A stretch of 64,000 nt of DNA from Clostridia bacterium (GTDB lineage: Bacteria; Bacillota; Clostridia; Oscillospirales; Acutalibacteraceae), in the NCBI GenBank assembly GCA_044432645.1, contig JAWXUM010000008.1, positions 1,056-65,055 on the forward strand. The letters run 5' to 3'. The translations under genes were made by a program, and so were the position numbers. The notes below the pieces were generated by a model that was not told the origin of the DNA, ran no database searches, and worked only from the letters and a program-made list of their open reading frames with translations. This document shows positions 23,497 through 32,878 of the stretch, one piece after another. Each line of letters starts with the position of its first letter. Positions within the stretch are counted from its first letter, which is position 1.

Positions 23497-25161
23497 TTAG
23501 ACAGCTATTTTTAATTGTTTGTGTTTTTCTTTAGCGATTTGGATTATATTCTTTTGTGGTTGACCGACAAGTCCTATATCTCTATAGTAAATCCACACGT
23601 CTTGAACTGTGTTTCTTTTGGATTTTTCTGGTCTTTCTTCGACTATGATTTTATCTACGAAAGTTCTTAGTATTTCGCTTGTCAGCTCATTGATATTGGT
23701 GTATTTTTTAGCTTTTTCAATGAACTTTTCGGTGTCTTGCATTGCGCCTTCAAGTTTTTCAATTTGCTCTTTTAAGTCTGGAAGTGAAGTTTTAATCTCT
23801 TTTTGTTCTTGGTTATAGCAAGTCGATAGCATTTGGAATTGTTCGTCTGAAATCTTGCCTAGCACATTATCTTCATATGTCTTTTTGAACAATACTAGCA
23901 GTTCGTTATCTCGCTTTTCTAATTTAGAAACTTGTTTGTGTAGCTTGCTAAGTTCCTTTTTAGTTTCAGCATTGCTTTTATCGATTATGAACTTAACAAA
24001 CTTTTCTTCGTCTTGCCTTGCAAAATGTGTGACTCTTTTGATTTCATCAAGCAACATTGTTTTCAAATGTTGCTCGCTAATTCTGTGAGGTGTGCATTCT
24101 TTACTGCCATATTTTCTGTTTGTAGGACACACGAAATAGCATTTGCCAGTCTTGTTTTCCCGTGTAAATGATAGTGGTTTTTCGCAGTTGTTACAGAACA
24201 CCATACCAGAAAACATATTTGGAATTGACTCGCCTTTTGCGGGTCTTTTTCTGTTTTTTCTAACATTTTGGCAGATTTCCCAAGTATCTTTGCTGACTAA
24301 TGGCTCGTGTGTGTTCTCAAATTTAACCCATTCATCTTCTGGTTTTACAATATGCTTTTTGTTTTTGTAGGACAAAGTTGAATACTTCAAACTTACCGTA
24401 TTTCCAATGTACACTTCGTTATCCAAAATTTGAGCAACTGTTTTTGATGACCAATGATAGGGGTGTTCGATGTCGATATTGGTGAGTTTTACATCGGTTA
24501 TACTATAATAGTAGTTGCTTGGAGTGAGAATTTGCATTTCTTCAAGCTTATTTGCTATTATCTTAGGACCACAACCATCCATACATAATTTGAAAATTAG
24601 CTTAACATTGTCGTCAGTGTCTGGGTTTGGAACTATCATTTTGATGTCATGATTATTCATATAACCATAAGGAGCTCTGCCAGAAACCCTTTCGCCACGT
24701 TCAGCTTTTGCCTTTATTACAGCTTTGATTTTCTTGCTACAATCTTTTGCATACCATTCGTTGATGATGTTTTTGAATGGTGTGAACTCATTGTCACCTT
24801 TGGTACTGTCAACTCCGTCATTAATTGCGATAAATCTTACTCCATAACTTGGGAAGTCAATTTCAGTTAGCTTGCCAACTTGTAAATACTCACGACCTAG
24901 CCTTGACATATCTTTTACGATCAGCGTTGAAACTTGGTTGGTTTCAATCAAGTTCATAATTTCCATCCATGCTGGTCTTATAAAGTTTGTTCCTGAATAT
25001 CCATCATCACTTTTGATTACGATATTTTCAAAACCATGCTCTTCTGCATATTTTTGAAGTAACATTTTCTGATTTTGTATGCTGTTTGACTCACCGAAAC
25101 TTTCATCTTCTTGACTTAATCTTGCGTATAAAATTGTATATTTTTGTGTTGTACCTTTCAT
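23497..25161 (-). CDS. Large serine recombinase (copy 2)
   Basis: 554 aa, same architecture as 245-1909 with scattered substitutions. Confidence 0.93.
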   Translation of the reverse strand: MKGTTQKYTILYARLSQEDESFGESNSIQNQKMLLQKYAEEHGFENIVIKSDDGYSGTNFIRPAWMEIMNLIETNQVSTLIVKDMSRLGREYLQVGKLTEIDFPSYGVRFIAINDGVDSTKGDNEFTPFKNIINEWYAKDCSKKIKAVIKAKAERGERVSGRAPYGYMNNHDIKMIVPNPDTDDNVKLIFKLCMDGCGPKIIANKLEEMQILTPSNYYYSITDVKLTNIDIEHPYHWSSKTVAQILDNEVYIGNTVSLKYSTLSYKNKKHIVKPEDEWVKFENTHEPLVSKDTWEICQNVRKNRKRPAKGESIPNMFSGMVFCNNCEKPLSFTRENKTGKCYFVCPTNRKYGSKECTPHRISEQHLKTMLLDEIKRVTHFARQDEEKFVKFIIDKSNAETKKELSKLHKQVSKLEKRDNELLVLFKKTYEDNVLGKISDEQFQMLSTCYNQEQKEIKTSLPDLKEQIEKLEGAMQDTEKFIEKAKKYTNINELTSEILRTFVDKIIVEERPEKSKRNTVQDVWIYYRDIGLVGQPQKNIIQIAKEKHKQLKIAV

Positions 25162-25247
25162 TTTTACCTCTTTCTTTTGGTGTGGGAGGTTTCAGGTACT
25201 GAATACTGTAATTCAATTATACTCTAAAACCTCGCACAAGTCTATTA

Positions 25248-25499
25248 CTATTTACTAAAGTCACTGTCAATTATTTGAATAATTTTCTCATCAATAGCGA
25301 TTAAATTTTCAGTAGGGAAAACCGAGTGAATTCGGTATCCTTTCCCATCAATATCCATATATCTGTGCGAATAACATTTGTCTTTATATTTTTGAAGTTT
25401 GCTGTCGGTGAATTTATCATCAACAATTTCCGTTGTTTCATAAGCTCCAAAAACCTTGTTTTCTAAATAATATTTTGCTTCGTTTTGTATCTCTCTCAT
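25248..25499 (-). CDS. Hypothetical 83-aa protein (copy 2)
   Basis: Homolog of 1997-2248 with the same TAATG coupling. Confidence 0.6.
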   Translation of the reverse strand: MREIQNEAKYYLENKVFGAYETTEIVDDKFTDSKLQKYKDKCYSHRYMDIDGKGYRIHSVFPTENLIAIDEKIIQIIDSDFSK

Positions 25500-26830
25500 T
25501 AAAATCCTCCCATTTTCATATCGTTTATTGGTGTGTAATCTATTTCGTTTTCTTGTTCTTGTTTTATAGTTTCAATGTAATTTTCTACATCTTCATCGTT
25601 TATGTCGTTTTCATTTTTCAATTTTAACCACTCAATTAATAGGTAAACACCTGCTATTGTCAAGGCTGTTATTTCGACCATTCCTAAAATTTCAGCCATT
25701 TCATCATCTTCATTTTCAGCTTGTTCAAGTCTTGTAATTGACCACATCAAGTTTTTGGTTAAAGTCCTAGTTGGTGTTTGATTAGTAAAAAAGTTATTAG
25801 ACCTGTCAACATTATGAAGTTTAGCAGAATTATTCCTATCGCTATTTTCAAGTTGGAACAGTTCTTCTCGTTCAGCTTCCCATCCTGTTGTTGATTCTTC
25901 TGTAATATTTCTATCATCTGTTTGAGTTCCTTGAGCTCCTGATAGTATTGATGTCGGTTCTCTAGTTGTTCCACCTTGTAATTTATCGAGTGTATTTTCT
26001 CTTGTGATTTGTTCAGCATATCCACTATCAACTGCTGATTGTCGAATATATAATCTATATTCTGCTCCGTCCATTTGCAACTGCTCGGCTTGTTTAAATC
26101 TTTCAATTTGTTCAATTCTTTGTTGTCTAAGTTCAAATTCTCTCTCCATTCTAATTTTCAAATATCGTTCTTGGTGTAGTTTATTATCTCGGCATTTCAT
26201 TCCGTTTGGACAAGTATAGGTTATGCTTTTTCTGTTTTCTTCCCATTTGACTTGATAGCCATTGGACTGCATTAATTTTTTGAAATGCTCTTTAGATTTT
26301 GAAAACCTCATGCAATCATCTATTGTGTTTATCAGTTTAAATTTCCAACTTTCGCCTTTTAAAGCTGAACGATATTCTTTGCTAGACATTTGATTTTCTC
26401 TTTTATTTTTTGAGTAAATCGTGAGAGGTATATCGCCAAATTTCAAACAAATCTCATCGTTTATTTTTCTGTTATTAACTAAATCGTCATGATTTTGATG
26501 TAGTTTTTTACCTGTTTCAAAGTTTACTGAGTTGATAATTATATGGTTGTGTAGATTTTCAGTGTTTTGATGGGTTGAAATAATTGCTTCAAAATTAGGG
26601 AATTGTTTTGCTACAAACTCTAATCCGATTTGATTTATTTGTTGTGGTGTAAGGTTTGTATCTGACGGAAACGACTGAACAAATTGATAAAACATTCGTC
26701 CGTTGTTTTTTCTAAACTGGTTTTTGGTTGTTATCATTTCATCAAATGCTGATGGCACTAAACAGTTAAATCCAGTGTTTAGACCTTTGGTTTTCTCCAT
26801 GTCAAGAGCATAGGTTATACTCTTAAGCAT
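25499..26830 (-). CDS. Relaxase/mobilization nuclease (copy 2)
   Basis: HQNTENLHNHIIINS motif. Homolog of 2248-3579. Confidence 0.88.
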   Translation of the reverse strand: MLKSITYALDMEKTKGLNTGFNCLVPSAFDEMITTKNQFRKNNGRMFYQFVQSFPSDTNLTPQQINQIGLEFVAKQFPNFEAIISTHQNTENLHNHIIINSVNFETGKKLHQNHDDLVNNRKINDEICLKFGDIPLTIYSKNKRENQMSSKEYRSALKGESWKFKLINTIDDCMRFSKSKEHFKKLMQSNGYQVKWEENRKSITYTCPNGMKCRDNKLHQERYLKIRMEREFELRQQRIEQIERFKQAEQLQMDGAEYRLYIRQSAVDSGYAEQITRENTLDKLQGGTTREPTSILSGAQGTQTDDRNITEESTTGWEAEREELFQLENSDRNNSAKLHNVDRSNNFFTNQTPTRTLTKNLMWSITRLEQAENEDDEMAEILGMVEITALTIAGVYLLIEWLKLKNENDINDEDVENYIETIKQEQENEIDYTPINDMKMGGF

Positions 26831-26874
26831 TGCCGTTTTAGTTTGCGTTTTATTTTTGATAGCGTATAAAATTC

Positions 26875-27180
26875 CTATATAATCACCTCCGATATATTGT
26901 TGATTTTTGAATGAACTAAGCTTAATTCGAGGATCATGTTTTCTAAATTGATTGAACTAATTTTACCCATATTGGCTAAAGTTGTAAGCTGATTTAGGTT
27001 TCGTCCAATAGCTTTTAGTTCGGTTGTTAGCTGTGACAATCCGTCTATCACAACTATTGGTTTATCAAGTGCTTGTCTTGTGAGATATTCTGTTGTTGTC
27101 AAATGAGCTTTTTTAGCTTTCGACTTGATTTTATTAAGGTCGTTTTCGTTAATTCTAAATGCAAAGTTTTTGTTTTTCAT
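26875..27180 (-). CDS. mobC: MobC-family protein (copy 2)
   Basis: Identical in sequence to the 3624-3929 product. Confidence 0.85.
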   Translation of the reverse strand: MKNKNFAFRINENDLNKIKSKAKKAHLTTTEYLTRQALDKPIVVIDGLSQLTTELKAIGRNLNQLTTLANMGKISSINLENMILELSLVHSKINNISEVII

Positions 27181-27214
27181 AAGTTCCTTTCTGTGTAAAT
27201 ATATGGTTTGCGTT

Positions 27215-27295
27215 CTTAAGGGGTTCGGGTTCTCCCGACAAGCTGTGTTCGCCGTATAGGCGAATGCTATGCTTGCCTCTCTTGTAAGAGAGTTT
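27215..27295. promoter_or_regulatory. Putative oriT (copy 2)
   Basis: Same two hairpins as 3964-4044. Confidence 0.5.
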
Positions 27296-27481
27296 TCGCT
27301 AGTTTTGTTCGGTACATCTAAAGCAGTTCCTAACCGAGAGTTTCACTCCGTTGTATTCTCGCTCGCTCTTGCTGGAGGTCATGGCAACATATCACCTTTA
27401 GCCGACTCATTCAATTTTCAATCTGATATAGATAATGTAAAACATATACTATATTTTCTATTATTATTTTAACAAATTTAC

Positions 27482-27510
27482 TTGACTTCGTAAATAGAAA
27501 ATGAGATAAT
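27482..27510 (+). promoter_or_regulatory. Promoter of the copy-2-specific cargo gene
   Basis: TTGACT-N17-TGaGATAAT. Confidence 0.6.
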
Positions 27511-27563
27511 AAACACGCATACTCTATTAGCCAAAATACATTATCTATTGGGAGGTAAATATA

Positions 27564-28535
27564 GTGGCACAGTTTTTTAAAGATTTATTTCATTCAAATA
27601 ACGGATTTTTTGAGTTTGATGTTCTTTTTGGAAATTCTGATATTAAAATAAAAGAAAACAGTTATAGTTACGGACAACTTGTGGTAGAACTTTTGAATTT
27701 TGATTTTACAGAATTCAAACAAATTATGAGTGAAAATTCTACTTTTGAGCAAAAAAAGAAGGTAGCTTTAACGCTACCTGTGTACAGAGATTTTTATTAT
27801 GAAGATGTTTCTTCTTTTGTTGAAAAGTTTAAGGATGAAGAATTTATAGAAATGTTTTCAGGCAATAAAATTATCGAAGATGATTTTGATAAAATATTAG
27901 AAAGTATTACTTTTATTGAAAAATATCGCTGGTTTTTAGATGAGGTGAATTACAGAAAAGAAAAGAATTTTATTCATCAAATTAATATGAATGGTTTTGC
28001 TGCTTTTGTATCGGATAAAACTTTACGATCTACAAACGAGTGGGAAGCCACTATGTCAAAAATTCAATATACATTAGTGGAAGATGAAAATGGAAACTCA
28101 CAAATTTTTGAACAGATTACGTTTAATAATTTGATTGACTTTTTCTACACGGATTTTTACAAAGGGATTATGAGAGAGTCTGTTCCTAAAAAATGCAGAC
28201 TATGTGGCAAGTATTTCTTGCAAGAAAAAGGCTTTACATATGAATACTGTAATAATATTTATGAGGATAACAAGACTTGCCGAGATGTTGGTTCGACTAA
28301 AAGTTTTAAAGAAAAAACAGCTAATAACGAAATTTGGAAAATTCATCAAAGGGCATACAAAAAATATTATGCAAGAATAGCTAAAAAGAATATGACACAA
28401 AAAGATTTTCTTGATTGGGCATCTAAAGCAGAGGAAATTCGAGATAATAATTTACCAATTTACGAAAAAGCAATGGTTCATGGTGAAGATTTTGATTTAG
28501 CAGAATATACTAAACAAATTAATTATATTAAATAA
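27564..28535 (+). CDS. Hypothetical 323-aa protein with a Cys-cluster (zinc-ribbon-like) region
   Basis: GTG start 8 nt after GGGAGG. CRLCGKYF...YCNN...CRD cluster and a basic helical C-terminus. Present only in copy 2. Confidence 0.6.
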   Translation: MAQFFKDLFHSNNGFFEFDVLFGNSDIKIKENSYSYGQLVVELLNFDFTEFKQIMSENSTFEQKKKVALTLPVYRDFYYEDVSSFVEKFKDEEFIEMFSGNKIIEDDFDKILESITFIEKYRWFLDEVNYRKEKNFIHQINMNGFAAFVSDKTLRSTNEWEATMSKIQYTLVEDENGNSQIFEQITFNNLIDFFYTDFYKGIMRESVPKKCRLCGKYFLQEKGFTYEYCNNIYEDNKTCRDVGSTKSFKEKTANNEIWKIHQRAYKKYYARIAKKNMTQKDFLDWASKAEEIRDNNLPIYEKAMVHGEDFDLAEYTKQINYIK

Positions 28536-28877
28536 AAAGTCAATCACTGACACCAATGACGCCACTGACACGAGATTTTGGGAGTGACAGTCGCTGAAGT
28601 TTAACGTCATTGCTGTGTTTTTTAATTATGCATATCCAAATCATCCTTTCTAAATTTTAAAAAAGTGGGAGCAATATTCATATTACGAAACAAGTAGTTT
28701 TTTACCCTCTACTATATAGGACAGTTGTAGAGAGTTTGTAAACCAAAATTATTAAATTTTATTGCAGACACGAAAAATATGATGTTCGCTCTAAAAAATT
28801 AACGTCATTGGTGTCATGGTGTCATAGCTTGTTTTTATCAACAGAAAAATATTATACTAATTTTAAGTGTGGTAAGT

Positions 28878-29270
28878 GTAACTGTATGTGATAACTCCAG
28901 TGTTTATCACGTTTTTTGGAATTTGCATGTGTAACTAAAGCGTAACCGAAGTGTAACTGGTAACACATGAGTAACAGTTTGGTAACACTTGTGTATGTGA
29001 TAAAAAGTCAGCTTTCATCAGCTTTTTTAGACTTGGTAACACTTACCACACTTGTTTTAAAGAAAAGCTGTTATATATACAAAAATCTGTCACTACTGAC
29101 ACTTTACAAAAAAGGTCTAGGTTTTAAGCCATTCTTAGGAGATTTATTAGTGACACTTTTTTGTTACTTTACCGACACAAATGACAGAAATATATCGGAT
29201 AAATAACAGTTTTAATTTGCGAAAAACTCAGTGTTTGCAAGGGTTTCTAGGAAAAGTGACAGAATGACAG
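28878..29270 (+). repeat. GTAAC / TGACA[C/G] motif arrays (copy 2)
   Basis: Homologous to 4981-5375. The 79-aa track ORF 28967-29206 is generated by these repeats. Confidence 0.7.
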
Positions 29271-29471
29271 AAAATTTAAACAAGGGTAACATTCTGTATA
29301 AAAATTTTCTCCTGACCTTTTTCTAACGCTCAAATAAAGTCACAAACTATGGCTCACGAGCCTTGTCTGTGGTTTTAAGTTAATAGTAGCACCTAATACC
29401 TCCAACTCGAAAAAGAAAGATCCAACACAAAAATACACAATTTTACAAATAATTTATATAAGATTTGACTG

Positions 29472-29511
29472 CAAAAAACACCGATACATACAACATTCTA
29501 TATGTATCGGT
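29472..29511 (-). terminator. Terminator of the SHOCT operon
   Basis: ACCGATACATA / TATGTATCGGT stem. U-run on the minus strand (plus-strand A-run 29473-29478). Confidence 0.7.
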
Positions 29512-29525
29512 ATTAAAAATGATTA

Positions 29526-30149
29526 TCAACTTTCTTGCATATCTTCTATTGAAAATAATTTACTTTGTTTGTAAACAATACCTGTTTTGTCTTTAATATT
29601 ACTTAAATACAGGCTTTCTAAAATAAATAATGCACCTAAAGCGTATGTAAGATTTTTTTGATTAGCGCGAATATAGTTTGGTTTTCCATCTTTGTAATGA
29701 GAAGTCCGTTCGTGTTTTACCTTATTATATGCTGTCCACCAAAATGGTGTTTCTTTTCCTTGAATCAAACGATATCTTAACGCATTATTTTTATCATAAT
29801 ACTTTTCATACTTCCAATTTGACCAAGGACAAAATTGATAATCTGCATTAAAAACAACTGAAATTGTTTCAATATTCGGGAATTCTAAATGCAGATGATA
29901 TCCCCATTTTTGTATAGTCTTATTTTTAATCTTTTTAAATTCTATATCGAATTCCTCATCTAATATTTTAGCAACGACATCTATTTCACTGCAGATTGCT
30001 TGAAGTAATTTCAGATATTCAACAGAATATGTTTCAAAGTTAGAACAATCAAACTCTACAAACCGTTTAGTGCCTATAAACTGTTCCTCCAGCTCTAAAA
30101 AGTAATTCCAATAACTTTTTATAAAAATATTTGTATTAGTTTTCGACAT
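29526..30149 (-). CDS. Hypothetical 207-aa soluble protein (WWTAYNKVKHER motif, possibly HEPN/Abi-like)
   Basis: Last gene of the operon. The motif resembles the RNxxxH-type HEPN motif but has Y in place of R, so the assignment is weak. Confidence 0.4.
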   Translation of the reverse strand: MSKTNTNIFIKSYWNYFLELEEQFIGTKRFVEFDCSNFETYSVEYLKLLQAICSEIDVVAKILDEEFDIEFKKIKNKTIQKWGYHLHLEFPNIETISVVFNADYQFCPWSNWKYEKYYDKNNALRYRLIQGKETPFWWTAYNKVKHERTSHYKDGKPNYIRANQKNLTYALGALFILESLYLSNIKDKTGIVYKQSKLFSIEDMQES

Positions 30150-30161
30150 AAATAGTGCCCT

Positions 30162-30836
30162 TTACAAACCTAAAATTTGCTTTTTCTTTGTATTAAATTC
30201 TTCTTGTGTTAAAACACCGGAATCTAGCAGTTCCTTGAGTCTTTTTAATTGTTCAGCATCCCCAACTGCTGCTAACGAGGCAGTAGCAGTTTTAGGTTGT
30301 ACTACATTTTGCTGAGGATTGGCAAGCAAATAGGAAATGGCTTTTTTTACTTCATCACAATTTTCAATACAATGGAAGTTGCTAACATTACCAATAGAAG
30401 AAATCGATATTCCGTTAAACAAACTTGAGTTTAATGCTGTCACTTGGTTTAGAGGAATATTCACGTCTTTTCCACCAGGTAATTTTCCGAAAATGTTCGT
30501 ATTTGTTACTGAAATTTCACTTCCTTCAGTTGTTTTCTTCATAATAATACTAACAACAAACGCAATTATGGAAGCAATAAAAATGTATCCATACATTAGT
30601 CTAAAAGAGAAGAACTCTCCAGTGAAATAAGCCCAGAAATCATAACGATACCCAATAAAATATGGCCACCATCCACCGTTGCCAAATGCTAGATAAAAGT
30701 ATTTTTCAAGACTCTGATATGCATAATATGAATATAACAATGCGCCAAAAAAAGCGACAATTGATATGATAAACATAATAGATGCAACTTTGTTTTTTTT
30801 AGGTGTTCCTTTAATTACAATATTTCCATTTTCCAT
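30162..30836 (-). CDS. Membrane protein with C-terminal SHOCT domain
   Basis: 224 aa. N-terminal TM helices. C-terminal LKRLKELLDSGVLTQEEFNTKKKQILGL. Confidence 0.75.
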   Translation of the reverse strand: MENGNIVIKGTPKKNKVASIMFIISIVAFFGALLYSYYAYQSLEKYFYLAFGNGGWWPYFIGYRYDFWAYFTGEFFSFRLMYGYIFIASIIAFVVSIIMKKTTEGSEISVTNTNIFGKLPGGKDVNIPLNQVTALNSSLFNGISISSIGNVSNFHCIENCDEVKKAISYLLANPQQNVVQPKTATASLAAVGDAEQLKRLKELLDSGVLTQEEFNTKKKQILGL

Positions 30837-30851
30837 ATTATTTTACCCTCC

Positions 30852-31550
30852 TTATAAATCAAGAATTTGTTTTTTCTTTGCATCAAATTCTTCTTGAGTA
30901 ATCGTACCACTATCAAGAAGCTCTTTGTACATTTTCAATTTGTCAGCACCACCAATAGTGTTATTAGATGCCGATGATACTGGAACTACGTTTGGATTGA
31001 ATACAGCATATTCGTTTGTGGGCTCTTCTACAGAAGGAAACCCATTTCCTCTCAGCCATAGTCCAACAAAAATGAGTGCGACTACTTCAACAACACCAAT
31101 CAACATTGATTTCCATACATAAGATATATAATCAAAGTATTCATAACTAATCCAACCAATGATATTACCAACCATCATTACCAAACTAGGGATAAACCAC
31201 ATTTTTTTGACTATATCATTTCCATTCAAAGCAAAAATGATGATAAGAACAAGAGCGCCTATGGCAATAAAAATAAATAGATCCCAAAGGCTAAAATTAC
31301 TGATTAAATAGTAGATATTAAGCAGCGTATATGCACTAGTAACAAAAATAATCGCCTTAGCGTTTTTTATATAAAGTGTTGTTGCAAAACCAATCAAAAT
31401 ACTCCAAGATAAAATATTCAATACTGTAATTGATGCATACTCATAGTTGCTTACATAGAGGATATTATTGATTATGTTGTAAACAGCTGTGATTGTGTAG
31501 CATATAGCTGCTATCAAAGCATATTTTTTTTCGTTATCTGTGTTAGTCAT
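30852..31550 (-). CDS. Polytopic membrane protein with C-terminal SHOCT domain
   Basis: 232 aa, about 6 TM helices. C-terminal LKMYKELLDSGTITQEEFDAKKKQILDL. Confidence 0.75.
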   Translation of the reverse strand: MTNTDNEKKYALIAAICYTITAVYNIINNILYVSNYEYASITVLNILSWSILIGFATTLYIKNAKAIIFVTSAYTLLNIYYLISNFSLWDLFIFIAIGALVLIIIFALNGNDIVKKMWFIPSLVMMVGNIIGWISYEYFDYISYVWKSMLIGVVEVVALIFVGLWLRGNGFPSVEEPTNEYAVFNPNVVPVSSASNNTIGGADKLKMYKELLDSGTITQEEFDAKKKQILDL

Positions 31551-31563
31551 TTATGTACCTCAT

Positions 31564-31911
31564 TTACATCAGCTTAAAAAGCTGGTCTTTTTTTGCCTGA
31601 AATTCTTCTTCGGTGATTACACCAATGTCCTTCAATTCTTTGTATTTTTTCAATTCGTCTGCAGCACTTTGTCTTGTGTTAGAAGGAGGCCAATAAGGTA
31701 TGTAAGAAGCTGCATTAATTGGAGTCTGCTGTGCATTTTTATCTGGAATAAAGCTAACATGGATAATGGCAACTATAAATAACATCCAACCATAAAACCA
31801 CCACAAACCAAAACTGTAACCTTTACTTTTTGCGATATTAGCAGGGATAAAGGCAAGACCTGCAGCAATTGCTAAGCTGACAAAAGATGTCATTAACAAA
31901 TAATCTTCCAT
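31564..31911 (-). CDS. Small 2-TM protein with C-terminal SHOCT domain
   Basis: 115 aa. C-terminal LKKYKELKDIGVITEEEFQAKKDQLFKL. Confidence 0.75.
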   Translation of the reverse strand: MEDYLLMTSFVSLAIAAGLAFIPANIAKSKGYSFGLWWFYGWMLFIVAIIHVSFIPDKNAQQTPINAASYIPYWPPSNTRQSAADELKKYKELKDIGVITEEEFQAKKDQLFKLM

Positions 31912-31938
31912 AATTTTTTCTCCTTAATTTCATGAATT

Positions 31939-32421
31939 TTAGAACGAGCTGAAAAGAATTCCATAAAAAATGCCGAGAATAACTGAGATTCCTACTGCAA
32001 CCCAAATGACGACTTTCACACCGTTATTATAATTCTCAACGGCTTGTTTCTTCCGCGTTTCCTCCGCGAAGAAATCACGCTGTATAGAATAATCTCTATC
32101 ACGGATTGTTTGCTGTTCTTTTTCTTCTGTATATTCAAAAATAACCATAGTCCCAGATTGGTTAATCATCATCGGTGCAGAGTATTTTACCATTAATTCT
32201 TCATTTTCAGTGACATGAATAGTAGACTCAGCAAATCCGATAAAAGTATCAAAAGTATGAGATTTGTACATTTTAACAATATGTTCACCTGCTGGAATAT
32301 TAACGACGTTATTAGTCAATGTAAGCTTCCCTATGTTTTTTCCGTCAATATCGAAATATACATCGCCACCGAATATTTCAATCTCCTTTTGAGTTCTTTT
32401 AAGAAATACAAGTTTTGCCAT
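31939..32421 (-). CDS. Hypothetical 160-aa protein, beta-rich domain with a C-terminal TM anchor
   Basis: ORF with tight operon spacing. Degenerate paralog at 32522-32860. Confidence 0.6.
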   Translation of the reverse strand: MAKLVFLKRTQKEIEIFGGDVYFDIDGKNIGKLTLTNNVVNIPAGEHIVKMYKSHTFDTFIGFAESTIHVTENEELMVKYSAPMMINQSGTMVIFEYTEEKEQQTIRDRDYSIQRDFFAEETRKKQAVENYNNGVKVVIWVAVGISVILGIFYGILFSSF

Positions 32422-32521
32422 AATATTCTCCTTAACGCATTACCACTAGATTGAAGCTTCCAAAATGGCAAAAGAAATAGCTTCTATGATATCTCATACA
32501 ATCCAGATGATTATGCCTGTA

Positions 32522-32860
32522 TTATTTTTTCATTTTGTTCCTTCTTTCGATTACCGTATGTGCATAATCGTGAGTGGAAATAATCATATTACCAGGTTGA
32601 TTGACCGCCATCGTAGCAATTTATCGAAACATAAGGTTTTCGTTTTTGTCAATATCAATTGTCGATTCATAAAAACCGATAAAAGTATTACAGTTATGAT
32701 GCTTTTATATCTTAACAGTATGCTTACCCAGTACCACTTCAAATTCTTGATTAACAAGAGAAAGCTTACCGATATTTTCGTTATCAGTATCGAAGAAGAT
32801 ATCTTTGTCAAATGCTTCCATTTTTTGCTCGTTCCGACATGAAAACACTAACTTTGCCAT
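32522..32860 (-). pseudogene. Paralog of 31939-32421 with two in-frame TAA stop codons
   Basis: Reads MAKLVFSCRNEQ...HTVKI*KHHNCNTFIGFYESTIDIDKNENLMFR*IATMAVNQPG. Stops at 32705-32707 and 32621-32623 both align with Tyr in the intact paralog. Confidence 0.7.
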
Positions 32861-32878
32861 TTGCGTAAACATGGTCGC

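Larger units (their letters stand above)
23253..29382 (-). mobile_element. Mobilizable serine-recombinase element, copy 2
   Basis: Collinear with 1-5476. Proteins are a few percent diverged. Carries an extra 1250-bp segment (27299-28548) and lacks the 583-bp segment of copy 1. Confidence 0.75.

Noticed and set aside
28967-29206. 79-aa ORF in the copy-2 non-coding arm
   Set aside because: The ORF is generated by the GTAAC/TGACA repeat arrays (repeated VTL). It has no SD and is not open in copy 1.
32465-32842. 125-aa plus-strand ORF
   Set aside because: It lies antisense to the clearly homologous pseudogene 32522-32860, has no SD and has low-complexity hydrophobic content.
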